Shown here piece by piece: positions 36,812-47,841 of a stretch of DNA of 64,000 nt. The position numbers were made by a program, and so were the translations under genes. How positions within the stretch are numbered: position 1 is the stretch's first letter; every line of letters begins with the position of its first letter. The notes beneath the pieces were generated by a model. It had not been told where the DNA came from and did not search any database. It saw nothing but the letters and a program-made list of their open reading frames with translations. Origin of the DNA: Bugula neritina (lineage: Eukaryota > Animalia > Bryozoa); contig OZ037773.1 in NCBI GenBank assembly GCA_964035545.1, forward strand, positions 6,105,751 to 6,169,750, read 5' to 3'.

Positions 36812-38067
36812 CTTCCTCCATGTTTCCATATTTCATGGATTCAAATTCTTGCTGAGCTAAATGCTCAATAAATGTTAGATTAAATGTCATTCTAATATAA
36901 TGTCATAACAATAACTTAAAAAGATATATTACAATACGAATTACAGAACAAAACAAAACTCAACTCAAACATTCAGCTATTAGTTCTAAAAACTTATGGT
37001 GACAAACTTCAAATTATATTCACCCTAAAAGCTATAAAATAGAACAAATAACTTCATTTGCCACAAAGCATGCTGACTTTGTTATGATAAGTATGACCTA
37101 TAGGCATGTGGTATTAGTCCTAATCTTAAACTGTACACCAGTAACTAATGGCTAAAGCAAACTCCAGCTATTTGTCACAACATTGTCATTATTCTTTCTC
37201 CAATGACTAAACTTGACTAGTGAAAATAGGTGCGCTGAAAAGAAGTCATTTTCAGCGACCAGTTTAGCTTTCATCTGATGGTTCTAGTAAAAGAGTTTGC
37301 AAAATTGTCAAGTCAGACTGAAGTTGGACTTGAAAAGTAAATTCTAACAGAAGAATAGCTTATTTACTAAATGCACAACACCAATCATGAGTTCAAAATG
37401 GTTTGCGTTTCATTGGTTTCAAATTGATGTTTTTAGTTACTGCAGGCTAAAGTACACCCAATGTCCTGGCCTGAGCCATTCTGCTAGGGTGAGTGAGGTT
37501 ACCAGCTCTGTGGGCATAAGTGAAACACAGTGAGTTAGTCATGCCCTAGGCAGACAACACTCCAGCATTTCCAATCAACAAGTACTTTTTGGCTAAAACC
37601 TCGTAATTACAAAACCATTTCTTAGGGTTAGCAGAGAACATGTCAAGCACTTGATTTGACAGGTCAGTCACTTGGCATGAGTAAAGCTTCAACAACTTTA
37701 ACACCCACTTCTATTGTTTCAAAACTTTTGTTTGGTTTTATTACTCATTTGATGACTGGCTGCAGTTAGCAGTAGCTCATGCCACCGCAGGTTGGTCTGC
37801 TAATACTCCTACTAAAGGAGATCTGCCCCTGCCACCCTCAAATGGTTGAACTGACACTTTAATTAACTTACAGCAACCAGATATTCAATTATCATTTTAC
37901 TAAAAACGTCATTAAACATACATGACTGGTATAAAATGAACACTCATCATTTTCAACAGATATGATTTGAGATCACTTTTTTAGCAAAAAGCCTCCATGT
38001 ATACGTATAATTTGTTGTTGATGATTGAAAGGAAGCTCACTGATTTCTAGCAACAGACTTTCATTTG

Positions 38068-38229
38068 CATGCAGCAACAGAGAAAATTTATTAGCATAAG
38101 ATTTTGTTATGTGGTTAATGAATATTATAGTATATGCCACATGTTGAAATTTTTTGTGACAACATAAATTCTCTTGCTATATATCTTATCTAGAACACAG
38201 GCTTTTTAATTTCTCCATTGCTGCAGCTA
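38068..38229. mobile_element. ~160-bp MITE family, copy 3 (diverged)
   Basis: Shares ATCTAGAACACAGGCTTTT..AATTTCTCCATTGCTGCAGCT with copy 2. Confidence 0.6.
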
Positions 38230-41079
38230 ATATAACCTCCAGAGTTTTCAGCAAAATATCAACATAATAGAGAAGATGTTGACAATTAGCTCAGCCTAAA
38301 TTTCTAAACTTGGTTTGAGGGTTTGAGTGTGAGTATTATAACTTCTCAACACAACCCGCCCTCCCCCCACTCACTAAAAAGACCTGAAACTTTGCACCAG
38401 CCCTTAGTATAACTTGGAAAAGCTTTTTTATATATACTGAAAGAAATTAATGCTTCAATAATAAATAATTAAATTCCTTGAAATTCTTTCACTAAAACTG
38501 TTCTGCTTCTACCTAGTGAAACCGTGCATTCTAGCTCTAGTTCTACAGCTTTGTCTGAAATGAGCTGAGGGTGGGGTATTAAGCTCTCCACTGTGGCACA
38601 GTAGAGCCTATTTAAAGTACATCTGGCGTACAGCTGTGAACCAACTTCTAGACTTAGCACACTGCTGCATATAATAACTTTCTATAATTAATAAAATCTA
38701 TGGCAGTGTATAATAATTAACATAAATCTATTGCAGGCTCATTGCATTTGATATAACTGTTGTTTATTATAAGGTAAACAGGTTCTAAAGACCATTTAGT
38801 AAACAGAAAGTATTAACTGTTGATAGATAGATTTACGAAGAATAATCTGGAATAAGCATCCAATGTACTTCTGAATTTAGGACAATGTTTCTAGTATGAA
38901 GCCGACATGATTGGGTTTGGTTCTAATGAAAATAGGTATTCCAGTTTTCATGTTTTTGCTTTGCTTCATTATGAGTAAACTTAAAGACAATGAAACATTT
39001 AAATTATTTTGCAGTGTTACCTCTACCCCAGCACACACAAACACACTGTTTCCCTGTGAGTTTCTGTTATTTAACAACTACAGTGTAAGTGTGAAACTAA
39101 ATGCATGAAAATAAAAGAAATTCATAAAAGTTTCAATTTTTAGGTCAAAATTATTATAATTACAATGTTGCATTTGCTTTCAACTGAATAGTTCTGCTGA
39201 TAATGAAGATGGCTACAAGTATTAGTATACAATAGACTAATAGTTTGTAGGACCAAGTATCCTAGTTATAGGAAAGAAAATCTAAGGACACAAAATTATT
39301 ATAACAGATATTAAAAACATGTATAATTTTAGTTTTACTAATGGTCTATATTAACTGTACATGCAGAATGTTTTTCAAAAGTAATATTAACAAAAATAGA
39401 TGGTATCACCTCAAAGTTGAAAAAATGAAAAGTTTTTCAATCACTCAAAGTCAATATGAATATGAAGACCCACTCTAACTTTGACCATAACTTACATTCA
39501 CATTGTTCAATTTGGCGTTAACTAACTTGTAGTTGTTAGAATTGTTTTTGTAGTCAATGGAAACTGAAATATTTAGAAATTTTAAACCAACTTTCTTAAG
39601 CTCAAGTGGAGGAACTAAAAGGCCTACAATCAAAATAATAATATAAATATTATACTGATCACTTGATGGTGATAATTAAATTTAATGGCAGTTCTACTTT
39701 CTAGGTATAACTATATAATATTTATAACAATATGTTTAACACTATAACTGCCTAGTTTCCCAGTGTGTACTCACAAACTTGTGATAAAAGCTGTCACTAA
39801 GTACAGCTGTGGAGACGTATTGAAACACTACTCACCCACTTCCCTAGTAAACTTTGAATATTCAAGCAACCTTTGCCTGCCTCCTACTGCATTTCCTTTT
39901 GATAAGTTTATAGCCTGCCGACCAAGCTTATATCTATTCCACAAGGTTTTAGCTTATTGTAAGACGATATCTGCTGTTGGTTAATTCTTGGTCTAATTAA
40001 ATCAATTGGATCTGAGAAAAGATTAAACTATTATAAATCAGCTGATTGCACTCAGCTGACCTGTTGACCTAATTGTGACGTCACACGAGTGGAGCCGTGC
40101 CAGTGTTAGAACATACAGTAGACAGATAGTAGTAACTGAAGCAAATAAAATAAACATTTCCCATCATATCTATTTGTTTTCTGTTTTAAACGGGAAGCTC
40201 TAGAGGTTTGGGAAAAACTGAAAAGTTATGTAAAATATAATATTATTGAGCTAAAATTGTTTTATAGAGGTTTGACATTTTAAAGTTGAATCAACGTCCC
40301 GATTTCAAAACTGATTTGCACTTTTATGAAGTGATGTTATTAGCTAATCTATTGACAAAGGAATTTAGGACAATATATTATCTATTGCTAATAAAGCTGA
40401 AAATTAACACTAATGCAATTAATTGACTAATACTAATACGGCTGACTATTGCTGGTTATTAATTTCGGTTATAGCTAACTTGCAGTAGCTATATCTAACA
40501 AGGTCTCGGCCGTCTTGTAATATTTTTGGGACAAAAAATTTGTCATTTGGTGTCCTCAATTTATATATAGTTGCACTTGCAAACATAAATTTAAAAATTA
40601 AATTATTGATTTTGGTCCTTGCAGCAATTGGACTTTTAAGCAGGTTTCAACTATTTCTTCCTTCTAGTATAAGAAGTTGTCTACCCAATGTCAAACCTCA
40701 AATACGAGCTAGACCCATAGAGCTATTTGATCATCTGCTTTGGCTGTAAGAGTCCCTTTTCCACTCACATGTATTTATTCATCACTTTGGCTTCACTCAT
40801 CTTCAAATTACACATTTTAAAAGACATATTTAGAGAGGGATGAAATATTGCATAATATTTAAATCGTGGTATAGATTATAATAACCTAAAATATAACTAA
40901 AACATGTGAAGTTTTTTAATAATAAAATTTTTAATTTATAGTTTCATATGTTTTGAATTTTTTATTAGATAATATCAAAAATTTATAAAAAAACATAATG
41001 CATAATATATTAATGAAATTTATAATAATTTAGCCTAAAAATGGCTTTAGATACCATATTTTTATAAACAGATCAGTCT

Positions 41080-41386
41080 TGCTATGTATTGAACTAGCCT
41101 TGTCAATACACCACATAGATGCATATTATGACATACCACATTTTATGTGCTCGGTTACTTTTTATTGTAATGTCTATTTGTTTAAACTCATTATATACAG
41201 TTTTTGCCATATCAATATACAAGCCAGTTGTTATTCTGTCACTGTTTATCTACATGTATTTTTATGTCAGTTACTTGTTAGCTTCAATACAATACAGTCA
41301 TACATTCTACTCTACAGCCAATCTTACTTATACGTGCTTAATCTTACTGTTTACTCTTGTTTAACATAAATAACAAGAACACAACA
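41080..41386 (+). repeat. 5' LTR (307 bp)
   Basis: TGCTATG...ACACAACA; appears identical to 45503-45809 (identical translations in two overlapping frames). Confidence 0.97.
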
Positions 41387-41388
41387 AC

Positions 41389-41406
41389 TGGTGTCAGAAG
41401 TGGGAT
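41389..41406 (+). promoter_or_regulatory. Primer-binding site complementary to tRNA-Leu 3' end
   Basis: TGGTGTCAGAAGTGGGAT 2 nt after the LTR is the reverse complement of ATCCCACTTCTGACACCA, the tRNA-Leu(CAA)-type 3' end. Confidence 0.9.
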
Positions 41407-41429
41407 AGATACAACCATATCATTTTGAA

Positions 41430-44400
41430 ATGGAGGAAGTTATAAAACAACTTGTAACAACAATGCAGCAACAACAGCAGCAGCAGATGGAGCAATTCGC
41501 TCAAATACTGGGACAATTTACTACAGCTGTAAAGCCTGGTGAACCTGCACAAAATAAATCTGTAACTGTGCCTAGATTCGACTCTTATGACAGAGACAAG
41601 GAATCATGGACTCAGTATTTACAGCGGCTCAATCAGCACTTTACCGTTTACAACGTAAGTGACAGTGAACAAAAACGAGCTTGCTTACTTTCATGGATGG
41701 GCTCAGAATGTTATGAATTGCTGACAAAACTGTATGGCTCGGAGGACATAACTACCATGTCGTTCGATAATCTAGCAGGTAAGCTTAGCACACATTTTAT
41801 TGAAACAAAACATGTGCAAGCAGCTAGATATCAGTTTTATAACTGTAAAATGAAACCTAACCAGTCATACTCAGATTGGGCAGCTGATTTACGGGGTTTA
41901 GCTCGTAACTGCAATTTTACCTGTAAAAAGGAAGACTGTGGTGAAAGTTATGTTGATGATCAAATCCGTGACATAATTATTAAAGAAACTCCACATGCTG
42001 ATGTACGTAGACAATGCTTATTGGATCCAGATCCTACACTGGAAAATGTGTTAAAGAAGACAGCTACATACATTCAAACAGCAGAAACTGATAAAGTTTT
42101 GAAGAGTGAGACCTCTACACCTGTTACCACAAATCAAATGTCCTCAACATACAAACGTCAAAACAAAAGTAGTCAGGGCAAGAGACCACAATTTCACAAG
42201 TCTGAAAACCAGACTGCTATGCCAACACAGCCTTCCAAGTTGAAATCGTGTCCACAATGCTACATTAGCCACGATCGTAAACAATGTCCTCACCGTAACA
42301 AACAATGTAAGCTGTGCAACAAAACAGGACATATTTCTAGCGTCTGCAAAACTTCATCAAAATCAAGTGGGAACAACTCTCACTTCGTAGAAGAATCTTC
42401 AAGTAGTGTTTACAATATATATAAACACAAGGGGAAACAAATATGGATCAACACTACTGTGAACAACAAACAAACACAATTTCAGTGGGACACAGGCGCT
42501 ACTTGTTCTATGGTAGGGAACAAAGGCTACAAAGCCCTAAGCTCTCCACCATATCAACAGACAGACACGACCCTTCATTCATATGGAAATACCGCTATGC
42601 AGGTACGTGGTGAATGCTATGTAACAGTAACCATTGGTCAGACTACTAAAAACAATCTTCGATTATTAATAGTAGACTCAGATGAAGGTGTCAACTTACT
42701 AGGTGTAGACTGGAGTGACAGTTTTGGACTATCACAACAGGGTCTATCCGCTGTAGACAGTGACACTGAGGTTACTAACGCAGTACACAATGTTGATACC
42801 AAGGTCAAAGTTCTCACAACAAAATATCCCGATGTTTTCAAACCTGGAATAGGACATTGTAAAACATTCAAAGTACCAATTTACCTCAAATCAGAACAGA
42901 AACCTTGTTTTTCTAAACCTAGAGAAATCCCCTATTCTCAACATGAGGCCACTAGGGCTGAATTAAACAGGCTTGAAGCTGAAGGTGTCATACAACGTAT
43001 TAACTTCAGTAACTGGGCCGCTCCTATAGTAGTGGTTACCAAACCGTCTGGCAAAGTTTGGATCTGTGGAGATTTCAAGCGACTCAATCAGTGCATCTCC
43101 ATAGATCAGCATCCACTACCAAAACTGGATGATTTAATGAACAGGCTTAGAGGAGGTAAATTCTTCACCAAACTTGACTTGGCTGATGCTTACCTACAAC
43201 TTGAGCTAGAAGATGATGCCAAACAGCTGTGTGTGATAAACACCCCATTCGGATTATACCAATATAATAGAATGTGCTTTGGAGTTGCCCCTGGTCCAGC
43301 TCAGTTTCAACGGTGTATGGATACCTTGACTCAAAAATTACCAGGAGTTGCTGCATACCTTGATGATTTAATCATTACTGGTAAAACGGAGGAAGAACAC
43401 TGGACTAATCTGACAAACCTGCTTTCAACACTTCAAGAGCATGGTTTTCGAATACGATTAGACAAGTGTGAATTCTTCAAGCACTCTGTTGAGTATCTGG
43501 GTCACACCATCGACAAGGATGGCAAACGACCAACAGCTGCTTCCATGGCAGCTCTCTCTCAATTACCTCGACCACAGGACTTGCACCAACTGCAAGCATT
43601 TCTAGGAAAGGTTAACTACTATGGGCGCTTCATCTCTAATCTTGCGGATAAAGCAGCTCCACTGTACAAGCTCCTCAAGAATGATGCCACATTCACATGG
43701 TCAAATGAATGTGAACAAGCCTTTACCCAGCTGAAGAATAGCATTATCAATGCTACTAGCCTGACACACTATGATGAGACAAAACCCCTAATTCTTGCAG
43801 CCGATGCGTCATCCTATGGATTAGGAGTTGTTCTCTCGCAGGATACTGATCAGGGAGAAGTTCCAGTGGCTTACGCTTCAAAAACATTGACTGACACTCA
43901 AAAGAACTACTCTCAGATTGAACGTGAAGCTCTCTCTATTATATATGGTGTGACCAAGTTTAGACAATTCCTATATGGACGACATTTTACGCTAGTCACA
44001 GACCATGAGCCTCTCACTACTATTTTTGCACCAGGCAAAAATATTCCAACGTTAACAGCACAGCGTTTACAACGCTGGGCTCTCACTCTGATGGGTTTCC
44101 AGTTTACTATCAGGTACAGGAAGACCTCCCAACATGGGAATGCTGATTGTCTTTCGAGGTTACCATTTGGTCCTGATAGCAATTTTGACCGGATCGAGCA
44201 GCAGGACAACAAGGAGATATCTCATGCAATACAAGAGCAAATATTTACATCACCTGTTGCTGGATACAATGAGGTCAGACAGGAAACTGTCAAAGATCAA
44301 CACCTTCAACGTGTCATAACATGGATTCAGCAAGGTTGGCCAGTCACAAAACCAGATGACAAAGAACTGGGCACTTTCTGGATTCACCGTGACTCTCTGC

Positions 44401-45473
44401 AACTTGAACAAGGTGTCTTGTTGTTGATACGCGAACAAACAAGTCGTGTAGTTATACCTCGTTCACTTCAATGCAGGATACTAGACACACTTCATTCTTC
44501 ACACTGGGGTGTAGTCAAGGTAAAGCAACTAGCTCGCCGCTATGTGTGGTGGAGCACCATCAACACGGATATTGAGCTAGCCATAAAATCTTGCGAAGTA
44601 TGCCAGGAGTCAGCAGCTGCTCCAGACCAGAAGTTTCAAAGCTGGCCCAAGACAGACAAGCCATGGGAACGCATACATCTAGATTTTGCTGGACCTTTTA
44701 GAGGAAAAATGTGGCTTATCTGCATTGATGCTTGTTCAAAATTTCCATATATTGGACGCATGGAAATAGGGCAGACAACTTCTCGCCAAACATTACAAGT
44801 ATTAAAGGATATCTTTGCTATAGAAGGTGTACCTGCTACTATAGTTACAGATAATGGCCCACAGTTTTCCAGCCAGGAATTTACTAATTTCTGCAACAGT
44901 TTCCACATCAACCATGTCTTGTCACCTCCATACCACCCACCTTCAAATGGTGAAGCTGAACGATTTGTCAGAACTTTTAAAAGCTCTGTGGACAAGAATT
45001 GTGAGGGAGGAGCATCTCTAGACGAGAGTATCAGACTTACATTAGCATCATACAGAACCATTCCACATCCTGCTTTGGAATGGAAAACACCTGCAGAAGT
45101 CCTGCATGGCCGCCAGCCCAGAGGCTTACTATCCCTTCTCCAACCTACTAATCACAAATACCCTAAACATGACAAGCCACAGACAACACAGTTCACTATA
45201 GACTCATTAGTGTACGCTCGTAACTACAGTACTGGTCCAAAGTGGATCCCAGGAACTATTATCTCAAAACAAGGAAATGCTATCTACATAGTACAAACAG
45301 ACAGTGGCAACTGGAAGAGGCATGCTAATCAGCTTCAAATTCGCCTTCCATCTACAAATATGAACAAATCAGTGGTACCCAACACACCCCAAGCTGATAA
45401 TAATATTGTCCATCCTCATGAGAGGCGCTATCCAACCAGAGAGCGCAGACAGCCAGATTGGTACAAGCCATAA
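41430..45473 (+). CDS. Gag-Pol polyprotein, 1347 aa (gag, two Zn knuckles, protease, RT, RNase H, integrase)
   Basis: CPQCYISHDRKQC and CKLCNKTGHISSVC; WDTGA; LDLADAYLQ..YLDD; DASSYGLG..EREAL..TDH; HSSH..CEVC; DFAGP..DNGPQF..NGEAERFV. Confidence 0.98.
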   Translation: MEEVIKQLVTTMQQQQQQQMEQFAQILGQFTTAVKPGEPAQNKSVTVPRFDSYDRDKESWTQYLQRLNQHFTVYNVSDSEQKRACLLSWMGSECYELLTKLYGSEDITTMSFDNLAGKLSTHFIETKHVQAARYQFYNCKMKPNQSYSDWAADLRGLARNCNFTCKKEDCGESYVDDQIRDIIIKETPHADVRRQCLLDPDPTLENVLKKTATYIQTAETDKVLKSETSTPVTTNQMSSTYKRQNKSSQGKRPQFHKSENQTAMPTQPSKLKSCPQCYISHDRKQCPHRNKQCKLCNKTGHISSVCKTSSKSSGNNSHFVEESSSSVYNIYKHKGKQIWINTTVNNKQTQFQWDTGATCSMVGNKGYKALSSPPYQQTDTTLHSYGNTAMQVRGECYVTVTIGQTTKNNLRLLIVDSDEGVNLLGVDWSDSFGLSQQGLSAVDSDTEVTNAVHNVDTKVKVLTTKYPDVFKPGIGHCKTFKVPIYLKSEQKPCFSKPREIPYSQHEATRAELNRLEAEGVIQRINFSNWAAPIVVVTKPSGKVWICGDFKRLNQCISIDQHPLPKLDDLMNRLRGGKFFTKLDLADAYLQLELEDDAKQLCVINTPFGLYQYNRMCFGVAPGPAQFQRCMDTLTQKLPGVAAYLDDLIITGKTEEEHWTNLTNLLSTLQEHGFRIRLDKCEFFKHSVEYLGHTIDKDGKRPTAASMAALSQLPRPQDLHQLQAFLGKVNYYGRFISNLADKAAPLYKLLKNDATFTWSNECEQAFTQLKNSIINATSLTHYDETKPLILAADASSYGLGVVLSQDTDQGEVPVAYASKTLTDTQKNYSQIEREALSIIYGVTKFRQFLYGRHFTLVTDHEPLTTIFAPGKNIPTLTAQRLQRWALTLMGFQFTIRYRKTSQHGNADCLSRLPFGPDSNFDRIEQQDNKEISHAIQEQIFTSPVAGYNEVRQETVKDQHLQRVITWIQQGWPVTKPDDKELGTFWIHRDSLQLEQGVLLLIREQTSRVVIPRSLQCRILDTLHSSHWGVVKVKQLARRYVWWSTINTDIELAIKSCEVCQESAAAPDQKFQSWPKTDKPWERIHLDFAGPFRGKMWLICIDACSKFPYIGRMEIGQTTSRQTLQVLKDIFAIEGVPATIVTDNGPQFSSQEFTNFCNSFHINHVLSPPYHPPSNGEAERFVRTFKSSVDKNCEGGASLDESIRLTLASYRTIPHPALEWKTPAEVLHGRQPRGLLSLLQPTNHKYPKHDKPQTTQFTIDSLVYARNYSTGPKWIPGTIISKQGNAIYIVQTDSGNWKRHANQLQIRLPSTNMNKSVVPNTPQADNNIVHPHERRYPTRERRQPDWYKP

Positions 45474-45502
45474 CTCTTAAGTCTAAATTTGTGAGGGAGG
45501 AG

Positions 45503-45809
45503 TGCTATGTATTGAACTAGCCTTGTCAATACACCACATAGATGCATATTATGACATACCACATTTTATGTGCTCGGTTACTTTTTATTGTAATGTCTAT
45601 TTGTTTAAACTCATTATATACAGTTTTTGCCATATCAATATACAAGCCAGTTGTTATTCTGTCACTGTTTATCTACATGTATTTTTATGTCAGTTACTTG
45701 TTAGCTTCAATACAATACAGTCATACATTCTACTCTACAGCCAATCTTACTTATACGTGCTTAATCTTACTGTTTACTCTTGTTTAACATAAATAACAAG
45801 AACACAACA
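45503..45809 (+). repeat. 3' LTR (307 bp)
   Basis: Direct repeat of 41080-41386, preceded by the PPT and followed by the TSD. Confidence 0.97.
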
Positions 45810-47559
45810 AGTCTAAGCTACTAAGCTGTTAAAAATTGATTTAGTGAAGCATTTCATGATGTAATATTATAGCCAGTGTTCTAACCACTGTATAGTGATG
45901 GGCTTTAGTATTCACCCCCCACAAAGAGAGTCTGGTTAATTTTTGAATAAATAGCAAAAGAAACATCTTTAACCTTTAATCAATAAACCGAAAATTAACT
46001 TCTAAATGTTTACAGAGTGACAGTAAATGTGCATTCAGTGCACTTGTGTTGTAGACACCACCATTATTAGTGCAATAGCCTAGTTGTCAGTAACACATTG
46101 CATCTAGCCTTGGCTTCCCAATATGTGGGTGCAGCCACTGCTTTTACTTGGTATAAACTTATATAATCTTTGTTAGCAGGAGTTGTATTTATCTAGCCCT
46201 TAAGGCTATAAAAAGTCTAAAAGGAATCTGGTAGCAATAATATGCATATAATGTATATATATGTATATTATAATGTTATATTGAAATAATATATACATCT
46301 CACTATTCTACACTCAACATTGAACATATAAACTACCTGCATGTGAATCAAGGAAGAGTTTCATCAAATAATAAATACACACATGCGTACTATTATTATC
46401 TGTACACCGTGGGGCAGGATATCCAGTTGTAAAGCTTGATCCTAGGATTACTACAGCTGAGTGACAAGTAAACTGACTTCCATGTGACGTATGCCATGTA
46501 TGATTAGGATTAATGAGAAAGAAATAGCAAATATCTGATATATTTAACATATTTTTGCTACCTGTTTTGCTTCTTCTTCTAACAGTAGAGTAAGCACTCT
46601 ATAAAGAACAGCTGGTAAGTGAACAAGTTTCTACTGACACTCTTTTTTTATGTTGTTTTATCCTATAGAACTTTAGAGTTAATGCTTTGTAAATTCATTT
46701 AGAGATAACTGTACAGTAATGAAGAAAGTGAGAAAAGTCAGTGTTATAGATGAAAAATGTAGCTAAATGATCTATGTTAACTCATGCTAATGCATGTTAA
46801 CCTATGCTTAACCCATCCAATAATAATGTTAACTCATAGGCCTCAACCCAAATGAAAAAACTTAGGCTAATGAAATTTATCAATTATTGCACTAAGTGTC
46901 CTTTTATGGTGCAAGTTGACAGTTTGCTGCTAAAAGAAAATATTGTGAATTTCTTTTGAACTCCCATGACTAACTGTCAGTGTAAAGCGTAACCCCCTCC
47001 CCCACCCAAATCAACAATGGGACCCGGACCACCCCCCCCCCCCTCATTCTTAATAACTATTCACACCACACCACTCAGGCAATTTGGTGCTATAAGAGTT
47101 TGAACCATATGATAGACTAATCAGTGTTTGTTATATAAATTACTTTGATCTAAGAAACCACAATCTATATATATATATATAAGTTGTATGACAATGAGTC
47201 ACTATGTTATCATTGTAGTGGTTGATAAATTTTCCCATTATATTCTCTCGGTGCAACAGTATTCAATATATCATCGCTTGCAGTGCATGTGAAAGCCAAG
47301 TATTGTAATTCTAAAGCCCTTTACTCTCATCTAAATATTACATGCTAGCTTAAAATCTAGACACTTTTGGGTAGCAAGTGGTTTTCTTTATTATATAAAG
47401 TGTTTAAAGTTCAGTCTATAGTTATTTATTAAATGTTAGATTAAATTATTGCTCAAGATTCTAGAATTATTCACCTACATATTATATATAGAATATATAC
47501 TTTATACCCATAGTTTATGTATTATCGAATATCTGAAACAGCCAGTATCTAATGGTTAG

Positions 47560-47750
47560 AGTGCTGAACTAATATGACACAGGGTCATGGGTTCAAGCCT
47601 TTGGTGATGTCAGGAAGAGCATCCTATCATAAATCCTTCTGTGCTGTCAGCAAAAGCCCTCAAACCATGTTACCAGCTTGGTAAGAGGCGCTACCCAAAC
47701 CCTCCTAGCTCGCTAAAACCCTTCTCATAGGAATGAAGGCTTTAAACAGA
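47560..47750 (+). mobile_element. tRNA-derived SINE family, copy 3
   Basis: TATCTAATGGTTAGAGTG (A-box-like), GGTTCAAGCC (B-box), core TTGGTGATGTCAGGAAGAGCATCC. Confidence 0.7.
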
Positions 47751-47841
47751 CATGAGTTTATTAATTTATTATAAGAATTCACTCTATTACTTGATTTACA
47801 TTATAAAGTAATAATAGTTTGTAGTTGAGCTGAAGAATAAC

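Larger units (their letters stand above)
41080..45809 (+). mobile_element. Intact full-length Ty3/Gypsy LTR retrotransposon (Mag-clade-like), 4730 bp
   Basis: TG..CA LTRs of 307 bp; 5-bp TSD AGTCT (41075-41079, 45810-45814); PBS; PPT GAGGGAGGAG (45493-45502); single uninterrupted gag-pol ORF. Confidence 0.98.

Noticed and set aside
41079-41369. Duplicated 96-aa and 81-aa ORFs (also 45502-45792)
   Set aside because: Incidental frames within the two LTRs; no domain features.
42144-45061. Antisense ORFs inside the Gypsy pol gene
   Set aside because: Short shadow ORFs opposite a long coding frame; no env-like or accessory gene evident.
47560-47605. Possible tRNA genes at SINE heads (also 29984, 28480, ~5960)
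   Set aside because: Only A/B-box remnants; no cloverleaf can be built, and three of them are followed by a shared SINE body.
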